Source of the DNA: Alloascoidea hylecoeti
Lineage: Eukaryota
Length of the DNA stretch: 64,000 bases
Direction: 5' to 3'
Assembly: GCA_001600815.1 (NCBI GenBank)
Contig: BCKZ01000003.1
Coordinates: 1 to 64,000 of the forward strand
Part shown: in pieces, positions 50,162 to 61,129 of the stretch
Layout: the number at the start of each line of letters is the position of its first letter
How positions within the stretch are numbered: the first letter of the stretch is position 1
Made by a program: the position numbers and the translations under genes
Notes under the pieces: model-generated
What the model was told of the DNA's origin: nothing
The model's input: the letters and a program-made list of their open reading frames with translations, nothing else
Databases searched by the model: none

Positions 50162-50548
50162 TTAAAAATCCGTAACTCTACCATTGAAAGAATAATCACC
50201 ATGTCTTAATGGATCTTGTTTGGGTCCTCCGACTTCGCCAGTTTTAGGGTTAACATCTCCTTCAAATTCCGGAATTGTCTTATTATAAGCAGGATGAAAT
50301 AGACCAATATCATTTTTATCCAAAATATCTTCATTGCTAAGATCATTCTTATGACCTTCTGATTTGAGTTCTGCGTTATATTCATCAATAACACTTTGGC
50401 TATTTACTATTTGTTGTAGTCTTTCAAACTCCTTTTGATATTTTTCTTCAAGTCTTGGAGGACCCGGCTTTGGATCGAACGAAATGCGACGCACTTGACC
50501 CATGCGAGTGACAAGCAATGTAGAAGGACGGACTATTCTGGAAAGCAT
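50162..50548 (-). CDS. SDH8: Succinate dehydrogenase assembly factor 4
   Basis: Presequence MLSRIVR. Motifs PGPPRL and TIPEFEGDVNPKTGEVGGPKQDPLRHGDYSFNGRVTDF. Confidence 0.93.
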   Translation of the reverse strand: MLSRIVRPSTLLVTRMGQVRRISFDPKPGPPRLEEKYQKEFERLQQIVNSQSVIDEYNAELKSEGHKNDLSNEDILDKNDIGLFHPAYNKTIPEFEGDVNPKTGEVGGPKQDPLRHGDYSFNGRVTDF

Positions 50549-50710
50549 TTTGTATATATATAAAATATAAGTAAGTATAAAATATAATACAAGGAACAAA
50601 TTAACCTTTCAGAGAGTGGTGGATCAGAGTAAAATAATTAATTACTAAGCAGTAACCACGTGCGATTATTTGATCTATAAGCATTATGAAGTATAAAAGA
50701 TAAGAAAAGT

Positions 50711-52114
50711 ATGACTCTTTCTTTCCCCTGTTTTATGTCAAAAGTATTCCAATCATTATATAAACCAAGGAATCTTTTCAAACTCAATTTCTTTTCAACT
50801 TCCAACTTCAATCAAAATACCAATTGGAAAATGACATTTCAAGAACTTCCGGCTGCCGCAGATCGCTTTTCATCAACTACTAAAGATGTTTGGTCCCTTA
50901 TCAATGAAACGGCTCATGAAGCCGAAGTAGAAACGGGTAAACCAGTTGTTAATCTCGGACAAGGTTTTTTCTCATATAGTCCCCCGGATTTTGCGATTAA
51001 AGCTGCTAAAGCAGCTCTTGATATTCCTTCATGTAATCAATATTCTCATACAAAAGGTAGACCATCTTTATTAAAAGCTTTATCAGACGCTTATTCTCCA
51101 TTATTTGGTAGAAAAATAGATATAAGTGAAATTTTAGTTACTGCTGGTGCAAATGAAGGAATGTATGCAGCGTTTACAGCATTTTTAAATCCTGGTGATG
51201 AAGTTATTGTTTTTGAACCATTTTTTGATCAATATATTTCAAATATTGAATTACCTGGTGGAAAAGTTGTTTATGTACCATTATTACCACCAAGTGATTT
51301 TAATGTTCGAACAGTTAAAGGATCTGAATGGAAGATTGATTTTAATGTATTGGAAAATGCTATAACTCCAAAGACAAAAATGATTGTTTTAAATACTCCT
51401 CATAATCCAGTTGGTAAAGTTTTCACTAAAGATGAATTATTAAAAATTGGTGATTTAGCCATAAAAAATAATATACTTATTTTATCTGATGAAGTTTATG
51501 AAAGATTATTTTATACTCCTTTTACACGTATTGCAACTTTAAGTCCTGAATTAGAAAGATTAACAATAACTGTTGGATCAGCCGGTAAGACTTTTGCAGC
51601 AACTGGTTGGAGAGTTGGTTGGTTAATTGGACATCCAGATTTAATTAAATATGCTGGTTTAGCACATACAAGAATTTGTTTTACAACAAATAGTCCCTTA
51701 TCTGAAGCAACTGCTACTGCATTAAATGAAGCTGCTCATAATAGTTATTATGATGATACAGTTGTTGCTTTTAAAAAGAAATATAAAATTTTAAATAAAG
51801 TATGGGAAGAATTAAATTTACCATATACAATAGCAGAAGGAGGATATTTTGTACTTGTTAATTTTGCAAAAGTTAAAATTCCAGAAGGTTATAAATTTCC
51901 CGAATCGATTAAAGGAAGAGCAAGAGATTTCCAATTAGCTTATTGGTTGATTAGAGAAATCGGAGTTGTTGCTATACCACCAACTGAATTTTATATACCT
52001 GAACATGAACATATTGCTCAAGATTGTCTACGATTTGCTGTATGTAAAGATGATTCAATGCTGGAGGAAGCTGCTGTTAAATTATTAGAATTGAAGAAGT
52101 ATATCAAGAATTAA
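50711..52114 (+). CDS. BNA3: Kynurenine aminotransferase (class I PLP-dependent)
   Basis: VNLGQGFF, NTPHNPVGKVF, SDEVYE and GSAGKTFAATGWRVGW. Confidence 0.92.
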   Translation: MTLSFPCFMSKVFQSLYKPRNLFKLNFFSTSNFNQNTNWKMTFQELPAAADRFSSTTKDVWSLINETAHEAEVETGKPVVNLGQGFFSYSPPDFAIKAAKAALDIPSCNQYSHTKGRPSLLKALSDAYSPLFGRKIDISEILVTAGANEGMYAAFTAFLNPGDEVIVFEPFFDQYISNIELPGGKVVYVPLLPPSDFNVRTVKGSEWKIDFNVLENAITPKTKMIVLNTPHNPVGKVFTKDELLKIGDLAIKNNILILSDEVYERLFYTPFTRIATLSPELERLTITVGSAGKTFAATGWRVGWLIGHPDLIKYAGLAHTRICFTTNSPLSEATATALNEAAHNSYYDDTVVAFKKKYKILNKVWEELNLPYTIAEGGYFVLVNFAKVKIPEGYKFPESIKGRARDFQLAYWLIREIGVVAIPPTEFYIPEHEHIAQDCLRFAVCKDDSMLEEAAVKLLELKKYIKN

Positions 52115-53624
52115 ATGTATAAGTATTTTATACCTAAATAGATCAAAATATAGAGTTTACTAGTGTACCTATAATTATAAACTATACCGTAAACGTTCTC
52201 ACCACAACATTGTTCTGTTGCACCACAAATTACAAATTTAACAGTTACAAAGATAAATTACTATAAATTTCATCCTGATAATTTACTTAATTTCACTATT
52301 CTGATAATCTTTGTTCAATATTTTCCCTTTGTAACTACTTCTTCTACCGGTATGGTGTTTTAGCGCATGTGTGTTTCCTTCTCTTGGATTGTCTGAATTA
52401 AACTTCAATTAGTTTTAAATGACTTTCGAGAACTGTGGTCGAAATATGAGATAATAAATCTTTCTGGGTCCTCTTGTTGTAATTTGTCCAATCACGTAAT
52501 TCATCATCAGCTATTCCATATGTTTATTAAATGAGGAATCAGTTCGCCATGACGCTTTCCGCTACCTTTAGTGGAATAACTTTTTTTCCAACTTTTCATA
52601 TATATTCCAATTAAATTATAAAACTAGAAACTATATAAATGCTGAGGAAATCTATAGTGGAATAAAAACCTCTCTTTTTCTATTCTTCTTATTTTTGTGT
52701 ATTCTTGACACTCTTCTTTCTTCTCCTTCTTATGAACCTAGACCACCTTAAAAGTAATTTTTATTATTATTAGATTTACAGTACCTCTTCCTAATCACAA
52801 AACCAAATTAATATATTTGTGGTTTTTTAAAAAATGGGACTTTTGTATTCTGATGATTGAGGGTTTCGTGTTTGGGGGTAGTCCAGAATTTATATATAAA
52901 TTTTCTCGATTCTCAAAATACACTAAGATAACCCCTTTAAGAAAACTTCTACGTTATTCTTTGATCATAGAGGTATTATATGATATTAAGACAGTAGCCT
53001 CAAAATAATCGTGGGATAATGAAAATTCAATGAATAGATCTAACGAGCGCTAAATTTTAAAAAAAATTTCATACCATAGATAAAATTACAGAGAATATAT
53101 TTAACACAAATACTATCAGAATAATGAGATTATATAATATTACTTGCTGTCAATAATTTATATTTATTGTTGGGTTTGTAATTCGTGGTTACAACAAAAC
53201 AATGTTGTGGTATCCAAATGCTATAAGGTATATTATACTTCGTCTAACGACGTGACTATACGGTACAAACAATTACAATTGCAATGAATAATAGCTATAT
53301 CATAGTACGTTTATTTAGAACTAATAATATATAAATTGCCAAAAAAAAAAAAAAAAAAAAGATCATTTGATTCTATCAAAGAAAAAGAATGAATAAAAAT
53401 GGAAAAAAAATATGCTTGTTTTGTAAAGAATGCCAAAATATATTGAAGTGAAAAAAAAAAAAAAATGAAAAAAAAAAATGAAAACAGAGGTAAAATAAAG
53501 ATGAATTTTTTTTTTTTTTTTTTTTCCTTTTAAATATAAATGCATAAAAACGAAATTTGAAAATTTTGGATACCCACTCGTTGATAATGATGATTTATGC
53601 TAATTTTTTATTTTATTTTAGAGT

Positions 53625-55154
53625 TTAACCAAAAAAAATTAAATTCATTGCAGATGATATTCGAACAACTTCATCTTGATTTTCATCACCTGATTGAATA
53701 GATCTAATTGTACTTAAACATTGACGAAATTGAGCAATGGTGATTTTCCAAGTTTCTAAATCCTGTACGGTATAAAGTTCTCGATATAAATTATCAGCTA
53801 AAAATGAGAGTTAGTTAAGTAATTGGAAAGAAAGATAAGAATGGTGATGATACATACACATAGAATAACGATGAAATAATGGAATAACAACATTATCCCT
53901 AAAACTAGCCAATATAAGTCGTGAAGTTGAAAGTTCTTCGGTTATATCATTCCAATAATCAAGATTTTGATCACAGAAATCTTGTTCTAATGGTAAAAAT
54001 ATAGCTTCAAGATAAGAAAATATTTCAATTCTAAAAAAATTCCAACAGCTTACAATTTGAGAAATAAAACCATTTTGTTTTGGTTTATACTTAATTGTTT
54101 TTAAATCAGATAATGAAGATAATTTATAATTAAATTTTTGTTGTTGATCTTTATCAGATTGTATAAAAGAATCAATATTTGAAAACCCAATTCTTAAAAA
54201 TTCTTGAAATTCATGTAATAAATTTGAAGGAGGGATATTTAATTGTTGTTTAAATTGTAAATGCATTTTAACCAAATTATTTAAATCTTCAACTGGCACT
54301 CTTAAGCCTTCACCTCTAAATAACAACATTACTCTTTGAGATAATAAGGACCATGCATCATCAGCCAATTGTTCTTGTTCTTCTTTCATGGAAAGAGCTT
54401 TCAAAGATTCTAATGGAGGAAGGGATATTTGTAGATCATCGGTAACACCTGGACTTGAAGGGTTGAATGAATATATACTTCCAGCTTCGGAAGTCAATTT
54501 CGAATTAGAAGAACTTGAGGACAAGATATTTCCAGCATTATCTTTTCTCGTTCGTATTTTCAAATGATGGTGTATTTTATGTTTACTATCAGTTGAAGGG
54601 GTATCGGAGGTAGGAGTGTTTGATCTTATTCGTAGAGGGGATTTATCAGTGAAAGTCAAACGGGGTGGGGCGGGGAGATAAGTCTGTATCGGAGACGGTT
54701 TTTTCTTTTTTTTTTCCTTCTTTTTGGACGGGACGGGTAGGGATAGGGAGCTCGGGTTGTTGGAACGCCTCGAGGATTCGGTGGAGGTTGGTTTTTTCAG
54801 GTGGGCCAGCAGCTTTGCTCTCTGCGACGACGGCAGGGGCGGGGGGGTTGTGATGAGGGGGGAGTCCTTCGGCAGGGCCAGAGAGAACGGGGGGAGTGGC
54901 TGGAGCAGGTTGGTGGAGCTGGGCAGGTTGGACAGGGACAGGTTGTTGCTGACGACCGACAGGCTGCTCCCGTTCTGCTGGGAGTACAGGCTGGCCGCGT
55001 CGCCCGGCATGTCCATGCTGTGTCTTGCGGGCGGGGGCGAGGGCGAGGGCGGNNNNNNNNNNNNNNNNNNNNNNNNNGGGGCGAGGGCGAGGGCGAGGGA
55101 CGCGGAGTGGTTACGGGAGTGGTTACGGGAGTGTGCGAAGGTGACGGAGTCCAT
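53625..55154 (-). CDS. HbrB-domain TORC2 subunit, Bit61/PRR5-like; join(53858..55154,53625..53797)
   Basis: DDAWSLL..LFRGEGLRVPVEDLNNLVKMHL, YLEAIFLPL and LASFRDNVVIP. The last exon reads QCLSTIRSIQSGDENQ. Intron GTATGT..ACTAAC..TAG. Confidence 0.8.
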
Positions 55155-55178
55155 ATTGGCAAACTAAACTGAACTAGA

Positions 55179-57183
55179 CTAAAACAGCCCTCCGCTGACG
55201 AAAAGGCGCTCTTCGTTCCTGCGCACCCACTTGACCACGGCCCGGGCACTCTGGCTCAGCACGTCCTTGCGGGTCACGCTGCCCGTGATCACGTACAGCT
55301 CGAACGAGGGCGTGACCCACACGACCCCCGCCATCCCGCCGCCCCGCACCCGTCCCTCCCACTTCAGGTACGCCACCCGCACCCCTCCCGTCTGCGAGCC
55401 ATGGGCCGTCTGCGAGCCATGGGCCACCCGGTGCAAATCCGCATACAACGTCTTCAGCTGCCGTCTTCTTTGCAGCCCATAAAACCCCCCGAACTTGGGC
55501 ATGACGTACTGCGTGTGTGTCTTGGACTTGAAAATGAAGTGCCGAACCAACGCTGCCGGAATGTCAACCGTGGACACCCGATCTCTAACCAAGGATTCAT
55601 ATATTGGCTCCAACAATCTGTTCTTTTGTAACTTCATTCCTATGTTTTGGCTCATCTCTTGCATTTCGAAAAATGAATCTTTGTCTGGACTTATCAAAAC
55701 CAACGCTATTCTTTCGTCTTCTCGGTTTGTATTTGTCTCAATCAACGAAATATACCCATATAAAAACCCATTTGGATTGAATTTTGGTAAGCATATCGGT
55801 ACCCAATACTCCTCTGTAGAATCAACTGTAGTACTTTCGTTCGATTCATTCACTTCATTCACTTCATTCACTTCATTCGCTCCATTCACTCCATTCAATT
55901 CATTCAATTCCAATTCACTTTTATTGTTCTTTTCTCGAAGTGAACTTGTTTGATATATCATTGAAAATATCAATTGTAAATCCGATGAATGTAAACTATG
56001 TCTTTTTGGTCGAATAACACTAATCAATCGACTTTTAGAATCGACCAAAAGTCCATATAAAAGATTCTTTTTCCTACAATCCAATAATACTTGACTAATT
56101 TTATCTCTTGTTGATTTTTTCAATCCTAAACATTCAACTCCTCCAATAAATATACTTGCATCTCCATTACTTGACATATTACGGCAAAGAGAATCTAAAC
56201 ATGATATATCTCCTCTACCTAATAATCTTCTTAAATCAAAATTTTCTCGATTTTTAAATGATCGATTTATATGTGGTCGAGTTAATGTTGAAATTAAAAA
56301 ATTATAAAGAACTTCCAATTGGGATGTTAATTGTTGATCTGTTTCTCCAATTGATGATATTCCAAGTAATAAAATAGGTCTTTGATTTAAAAAAACGAAT
56401 CGTGTTTTACCTGATACAAATGATCTAAATATAATATTGTTAGAATTATATTCATATTCATATTCATATTCATGATTGTTCATACCTAATGTTATCATCT
56501 TCGTCTCCATCTTCAAAATATGAAACAACAGTCTGAATAATCCCCATATATCCTGTAATTATCTCATCTGATCCATGCATCGAGTATATTGGTTTTCCAG
56601 CTGAAGACAGTATAAAGAAGTTTTTCCTTTTCCTTCGAAATGATTCAATATCTATCTATAATTAGTAAAAAATATATGAAAATATGAAAATATGAAAATA
56701 TAAAAAAAATTTGGAAAACTTACCATTATCATTATCAGGTTCCTCAAGTTCTAATTCAACTTCATATCCACCTTCAATCTCATCATTTGGTGAAAATGTA
56801 AATTCACTACCAACTGATAAAACATCGCCATCCATATCAAAATTAGATTGAGGTCTAGAACCATTCTCACTACTTAATACTTCCTCCATCATTTCTTCAA
56901 CACTTCTTTTACCACCTGAATCGTCATCATATGATCCAACTTCAAATATAGGAGCTGTAGTTGAATTACTATTAAATGATGTAAGTTCATCCAATGATAA
57001 TGTTTGGTCTTGGGTATCTATATCAATATCATTATCTTCTGTTATACTTGTAGTTGTACTTGTACTTCGCGTTATTGCATTCTGGAATGTTTCTCTTGTT
57101 ATTGCCGTAGTTGGTTTAGGTTGGAGCAAAGAACTGCTTTGTTTTGGTGTTAGAAATGGACTCTTTTGAAGTCCTGGGTCCAT
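55179..57183 (-). CDS. MON1: Vacuolar fusion protein Mon1; join(56724..57183,56486..56651,55179..56424)
   Basis: Exon 2, which is absent from the ORF track frame, reads FFILSSAGKPIYSMHG. Also NFDLRRLL, WVPICLPKFNPNGFLY and KWVRRNEERLFVSGG. Confidence 0.92.
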
Positions 57184-57394
57184 TTTTTATGATGTGTAGT
57201 GGTAGTTTTATAGAAAACCGAAATTAATTACCACCACCTTAATTATAATTAACACGAAAATCTAATTTTTTAGTAATATTAATTAATATTATAAAAAAGA
57301 TTTATTTTTATACTATTACTATAGATACAGTTTAATTTATAATTGTTACAAAAAAAATTTACTCAAAAGATTCTTATTAATATTAACATTATGA

Positions 57395-59265
57395 TTACTT
57401 TAAAGTCCATATTTTTGACACATATTTAACTAATTTACCAGCTTTTTCTAATTCTCGTTCATTCTCTTTCTGTAAAATTTTAAATGAATTTATATAACTA
57501 AGATCTGGATTAGAAATATCTATATCCACACTTATATCATTTGATTCTTTATTATTATTCTGATTATTTGGTGGATACAATTCTGGAATTGAAGGTTCAA
57601 TTTTTAAAGAATCATCAATTAATCTAACAATTTCTGCTGCATTTGTTCTAACATAATTAGAAATTATATTACTTGTTGCTAAAACTCCACTAATATCTGT
57701 TGGACAAGTTGAAACTAATGATACTAATAATTGATTTGGCATAATATAACGTACTGATTCATCTTCTTCTCTTGCAATTTTATCTCTCCATAAATATAAT
57801 GCTTTACAAACTTCAATTTTTGAAGGTTGAATATTATATTGTTGCATTATTCCAATCCATGGTTTTCCATTATATGATTTATTATTATTATTATTATTAT
57901 TATCATCAATTTTAAAATTTTCATATTCATATTTTTTAATTGAAACTTGACGAGAATCATGAAGTACAAATTTCATATTATTATCATTACTTTCTAATAA
58001 CATATTTTTTAAAATATCAAAAATATATAATAAAAAATGAGTATCTGATCTTGCATATTGAATCATTGATTGTGGTAATGGTCTAATTCTCCAATCTGCT
58101 AATTGATATTTTTTTGAAGTTTTAAAATTCGCAAATCTTTCTAATAAATATGCTAAACCATGTTTTGGAAATTGTAAATATTTTGTTGCATGATATGTAT
58201 CAAATAATCCAACTATATAAATTCCAAAATCTCTTTGTAACCAAATTATATCCATAAATGCTCCATGAAGAACTTTAATAATTTTTGGATTTGTGAAAAC
58301 AATATTTAAATTTTGTAATTCTTCTCTTAATTTTAATGTATCTATTATCCAATCTTGATTTCTTGAACTAATTTGAATTAAACAAACAATTCCATAAAAT
58401 GTTCTATAATCATGATGTTCTACATCAACTGCTATAATTGTTTCTTTTTTTAATTCTTCAATCATTTGAGAAAGAAGTTCTGTATTATCAACAAAAATTG
58501 CACTTGTTGATACCCATGGTGTACTATGAATTGGTTCGGATCTTTCAAGTATAAAATCAGGATATGGTTGATTAGTTATTTCATATTCATAAGGTTGAGG
58601 AAATCTATCCAATTGTTAGTAAAAATATTTTATAAATAATATAATGAATAAACTTACACTTGATTTCCATTAGCATCTTCAAAGGTTTGAAATACAGTTT
58701 CAAAAGGTTTTAAAGCATTTGGTTTACTCGTTAATAAAGGTCTAAATGGTGAAAGTTCTGAATTATCAATTTTTGTCTTAAATTTTAATTGTGGTTTTTC
58801 TAATTTTTTAGAAATTCTTGTTGATTTATTATTTATATTATCATTACCATTTTCTAGATAAATCATTTCTTTATTATTTTGATTATTATTATTTTCAATT
58901 TTATTTGATAAATTTTTTCTCTTTTTTGATTCTTCATCAAGTGCAATATCAACTTTTTCAAAAAAAAAATCTAATGTATTACTTATATCTTTCCATGATT
59001 CTTCAAAACTTAATTCACCTCCTTTAAAATTAATTTTCTTTTGTTTTTTATTTCTTGAATAATTAGAAATATTTAAAATATTATTTGCTGAATCCAATAA
59101 TCTTTTTGAACATCCATCAATTGCTGTTGAATTATCATTATCCATAGCTCTATGGAATTTAACATCTTGATTCCCAAGAGCTGTAGAAGCTCTTATTGTA
59201 GATACTAAGCCTGGAAGAAGTTTTTTAAAAAGATCATCTGTGTTCATCTTATCATTTGTACTCAT
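57395..59265 (-). CDS. RRP6: Exosome 3'-5' exonuclease; join(58658..59265,57395..58604)
   Basis: PMC2NT-like N-terminus, KPQLKF, IAVDVEHHDYR, YQLADWRIRPL, YARSDTHFLL and HRDC (WRDKIAREEDES). Confidence 0.93.
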
Positions 59266-59308
59266 TTTATATATTTGATGTTTGAAATAAAATCTTTTTT
59301 TTCTAAAT

Positions 59309-59324
59309 GATGAGATCCGGGTAA
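59309..59324. promoter_or_regulatory. PAC (GATGAG) and Reb1-type (CCGGGTAA) sites upstream of RRP6
   Basis: GATGAGATCCGGGTAA lies ~45 bp upstream of the ATG. CCGGGTAA/TTACCCGG also occurs upstream of GWT1 (~6515) and ORF 10891 (~10794). Confidence 0.55.
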
Positions 59325-60044
59325 TACAAAAATATTTGTACAATCATATTTGACTTAATTTAGGCCATACTAATTATTATTTATCAGTCGTATACATAAA
59401 TAAATATCACTCACTAATATACAGTAATACGAAACAACATTAAGGAATTAAGTTATGGGAATCACCGATAAATAATAGCCAGCATGGCCGATATTAAGTG
59501 ATTATATCTCTTGGATATCAATTCAATNACAGATTTCACAAATTTAGGGAAATACTTTGTATGGAAAAATGAAACGTCTAGATATTCTCTATGTAATTTG
59601 TGTCATTTATATTAAGATGAATATTCTCAGATAAACTGGCCACCACTACCATTTTCAATAGTACTGTTGGCACTCGAGACAATATTAGTGTTTGAGTAGA
59701 ATTTAATTGATTTCGCTGATGAAATTAGCCAGATATATCTAAATAGTACTAATAGCTCAAAAAAGTGAAAAATATTTGTATTGTAGTATTGGGAACAAAA
59801 ACTTTGTAAAAAGGAAGGGTAGAAAACTAATCCCTGGGTAATTTCGCTCTCTATTTTTTATATTAAATATTCGCTATATGCTACAGTCTTATAATTATTC
59901 GTACATTGTTCTGTAAAATACTTTAAGAGAAATTTGGACATCTGCTGTGAAGAGTAGTGTAATATTTCATGGCTTTGCTTAATAAACGTTTAACAACTTT
60001 GATTATTCTTACTAGTTTCAAAAATCAAGAATTTTCTTCATTAA

Positions 60045-60862
60045 ACTAACGTAATTCTTGTGGTATATATTGATCACTGAAAAGACCTCCAACTGGTCGC
60101 TTTCTTCTGGTATTATTGTTCACAACTCTTACATTTTCTAATAACTGAATACATCTTTCCAACAATATTCCCTTTTTAATCCAATTGCAAAATAAACATT
60201 CTTCCCTATACTAAACATTTTGGCCTTTGTCGGCTCTTTTCTCCACACTTTTTCATACTTTTCCTCCATATCCTTTACGCAGGCCTCCCCATTAATTCAA
60301 GTAGAGTACTTTTCCCACACTTTTTGCATTGAGCTGAGTGATCTTAAGAACCATTTCTCTATCTCTATTATTCTTTCCATCTGACCATATTCTTTCCGTT
60401 TTATTGGATCCATCTGTTGTAAGATTTCGTAAACAGTCAACAGTAATTCTGGATGTTTCATTGAGAGCAATAAGCCTGATCTTTCTGTTGTCTTCAACTT
60501 TTTTTTTTGATATAATCAAATCTTCTTGTTGATGGTAAAAAGTGTATCAATTGACTGTTTTAGATGGCTAACTGTATCCAGAATTTCATCTCCATACTCA
60601 TCATTTACTCTACCCATTTTGGGTACCTATATCACCATCTTGCATCATCCGATATTGTTTATATTCATCAAAGCCCCATAGCTCCATTTTGAACACCGGT
60701 GCCCACTATTCAATTAAATCGGAATACCCAAAGACAAATAATCTTCTTATCTCTGTTATCCCTCGTAGTTTATAAGGCATTAACGTTGCTTTTTACAAGA
60801 ATCATTTCGTATTATCAACTTTAGTGAAGCAACTTGGACAACTTTTCCAATAGGAATCCATA
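60045..60862 (-). pseudogene. Decayed ORF, possibly Gag-like
   Basis: Coding-looking segments broken by stops and frameshifts: MDSYWKSCPSCFTKVDNTK*FL*K..., MGRVNDEYGDEILDTVSHLK..., ...IEIEKWFLRSLSSMQKVWEKYST*. Confidence 0.35.
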
Positions 60863-61129
60863 GTTTTTATAATTAAAGTTAAACATATACTTATGAGTTA
60901 ATTCGTTAACTTTGGTTCAAAAGGTTAATAAAATCTAACTCATGATATTGAAAGAGGGGTATTGATAAAGATGTCAGATGTTAGATATAACGAACATAAT
61001 GTTAAAAATAATATAACGCTATATGATTAGAACCATAGCTATATGGTAATTACGAAAATCTCTTTAATTACATTACAAAAGTGTAGAATACAATGATAAA
61101 ATTTTATTAAAAAACATATATATAATACA

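Noticed and set aside
53341..53530. Long poly(A) and poly(T) tracts
   Set aside because: Low-complexity 3' region of the BIT61-like gene; no retrocopy body or target-site duplication.
54665..55953. Many overlapping and antisense ORFs
   Set aside because: Expected from stop-codon depletion in the GC-rich island.
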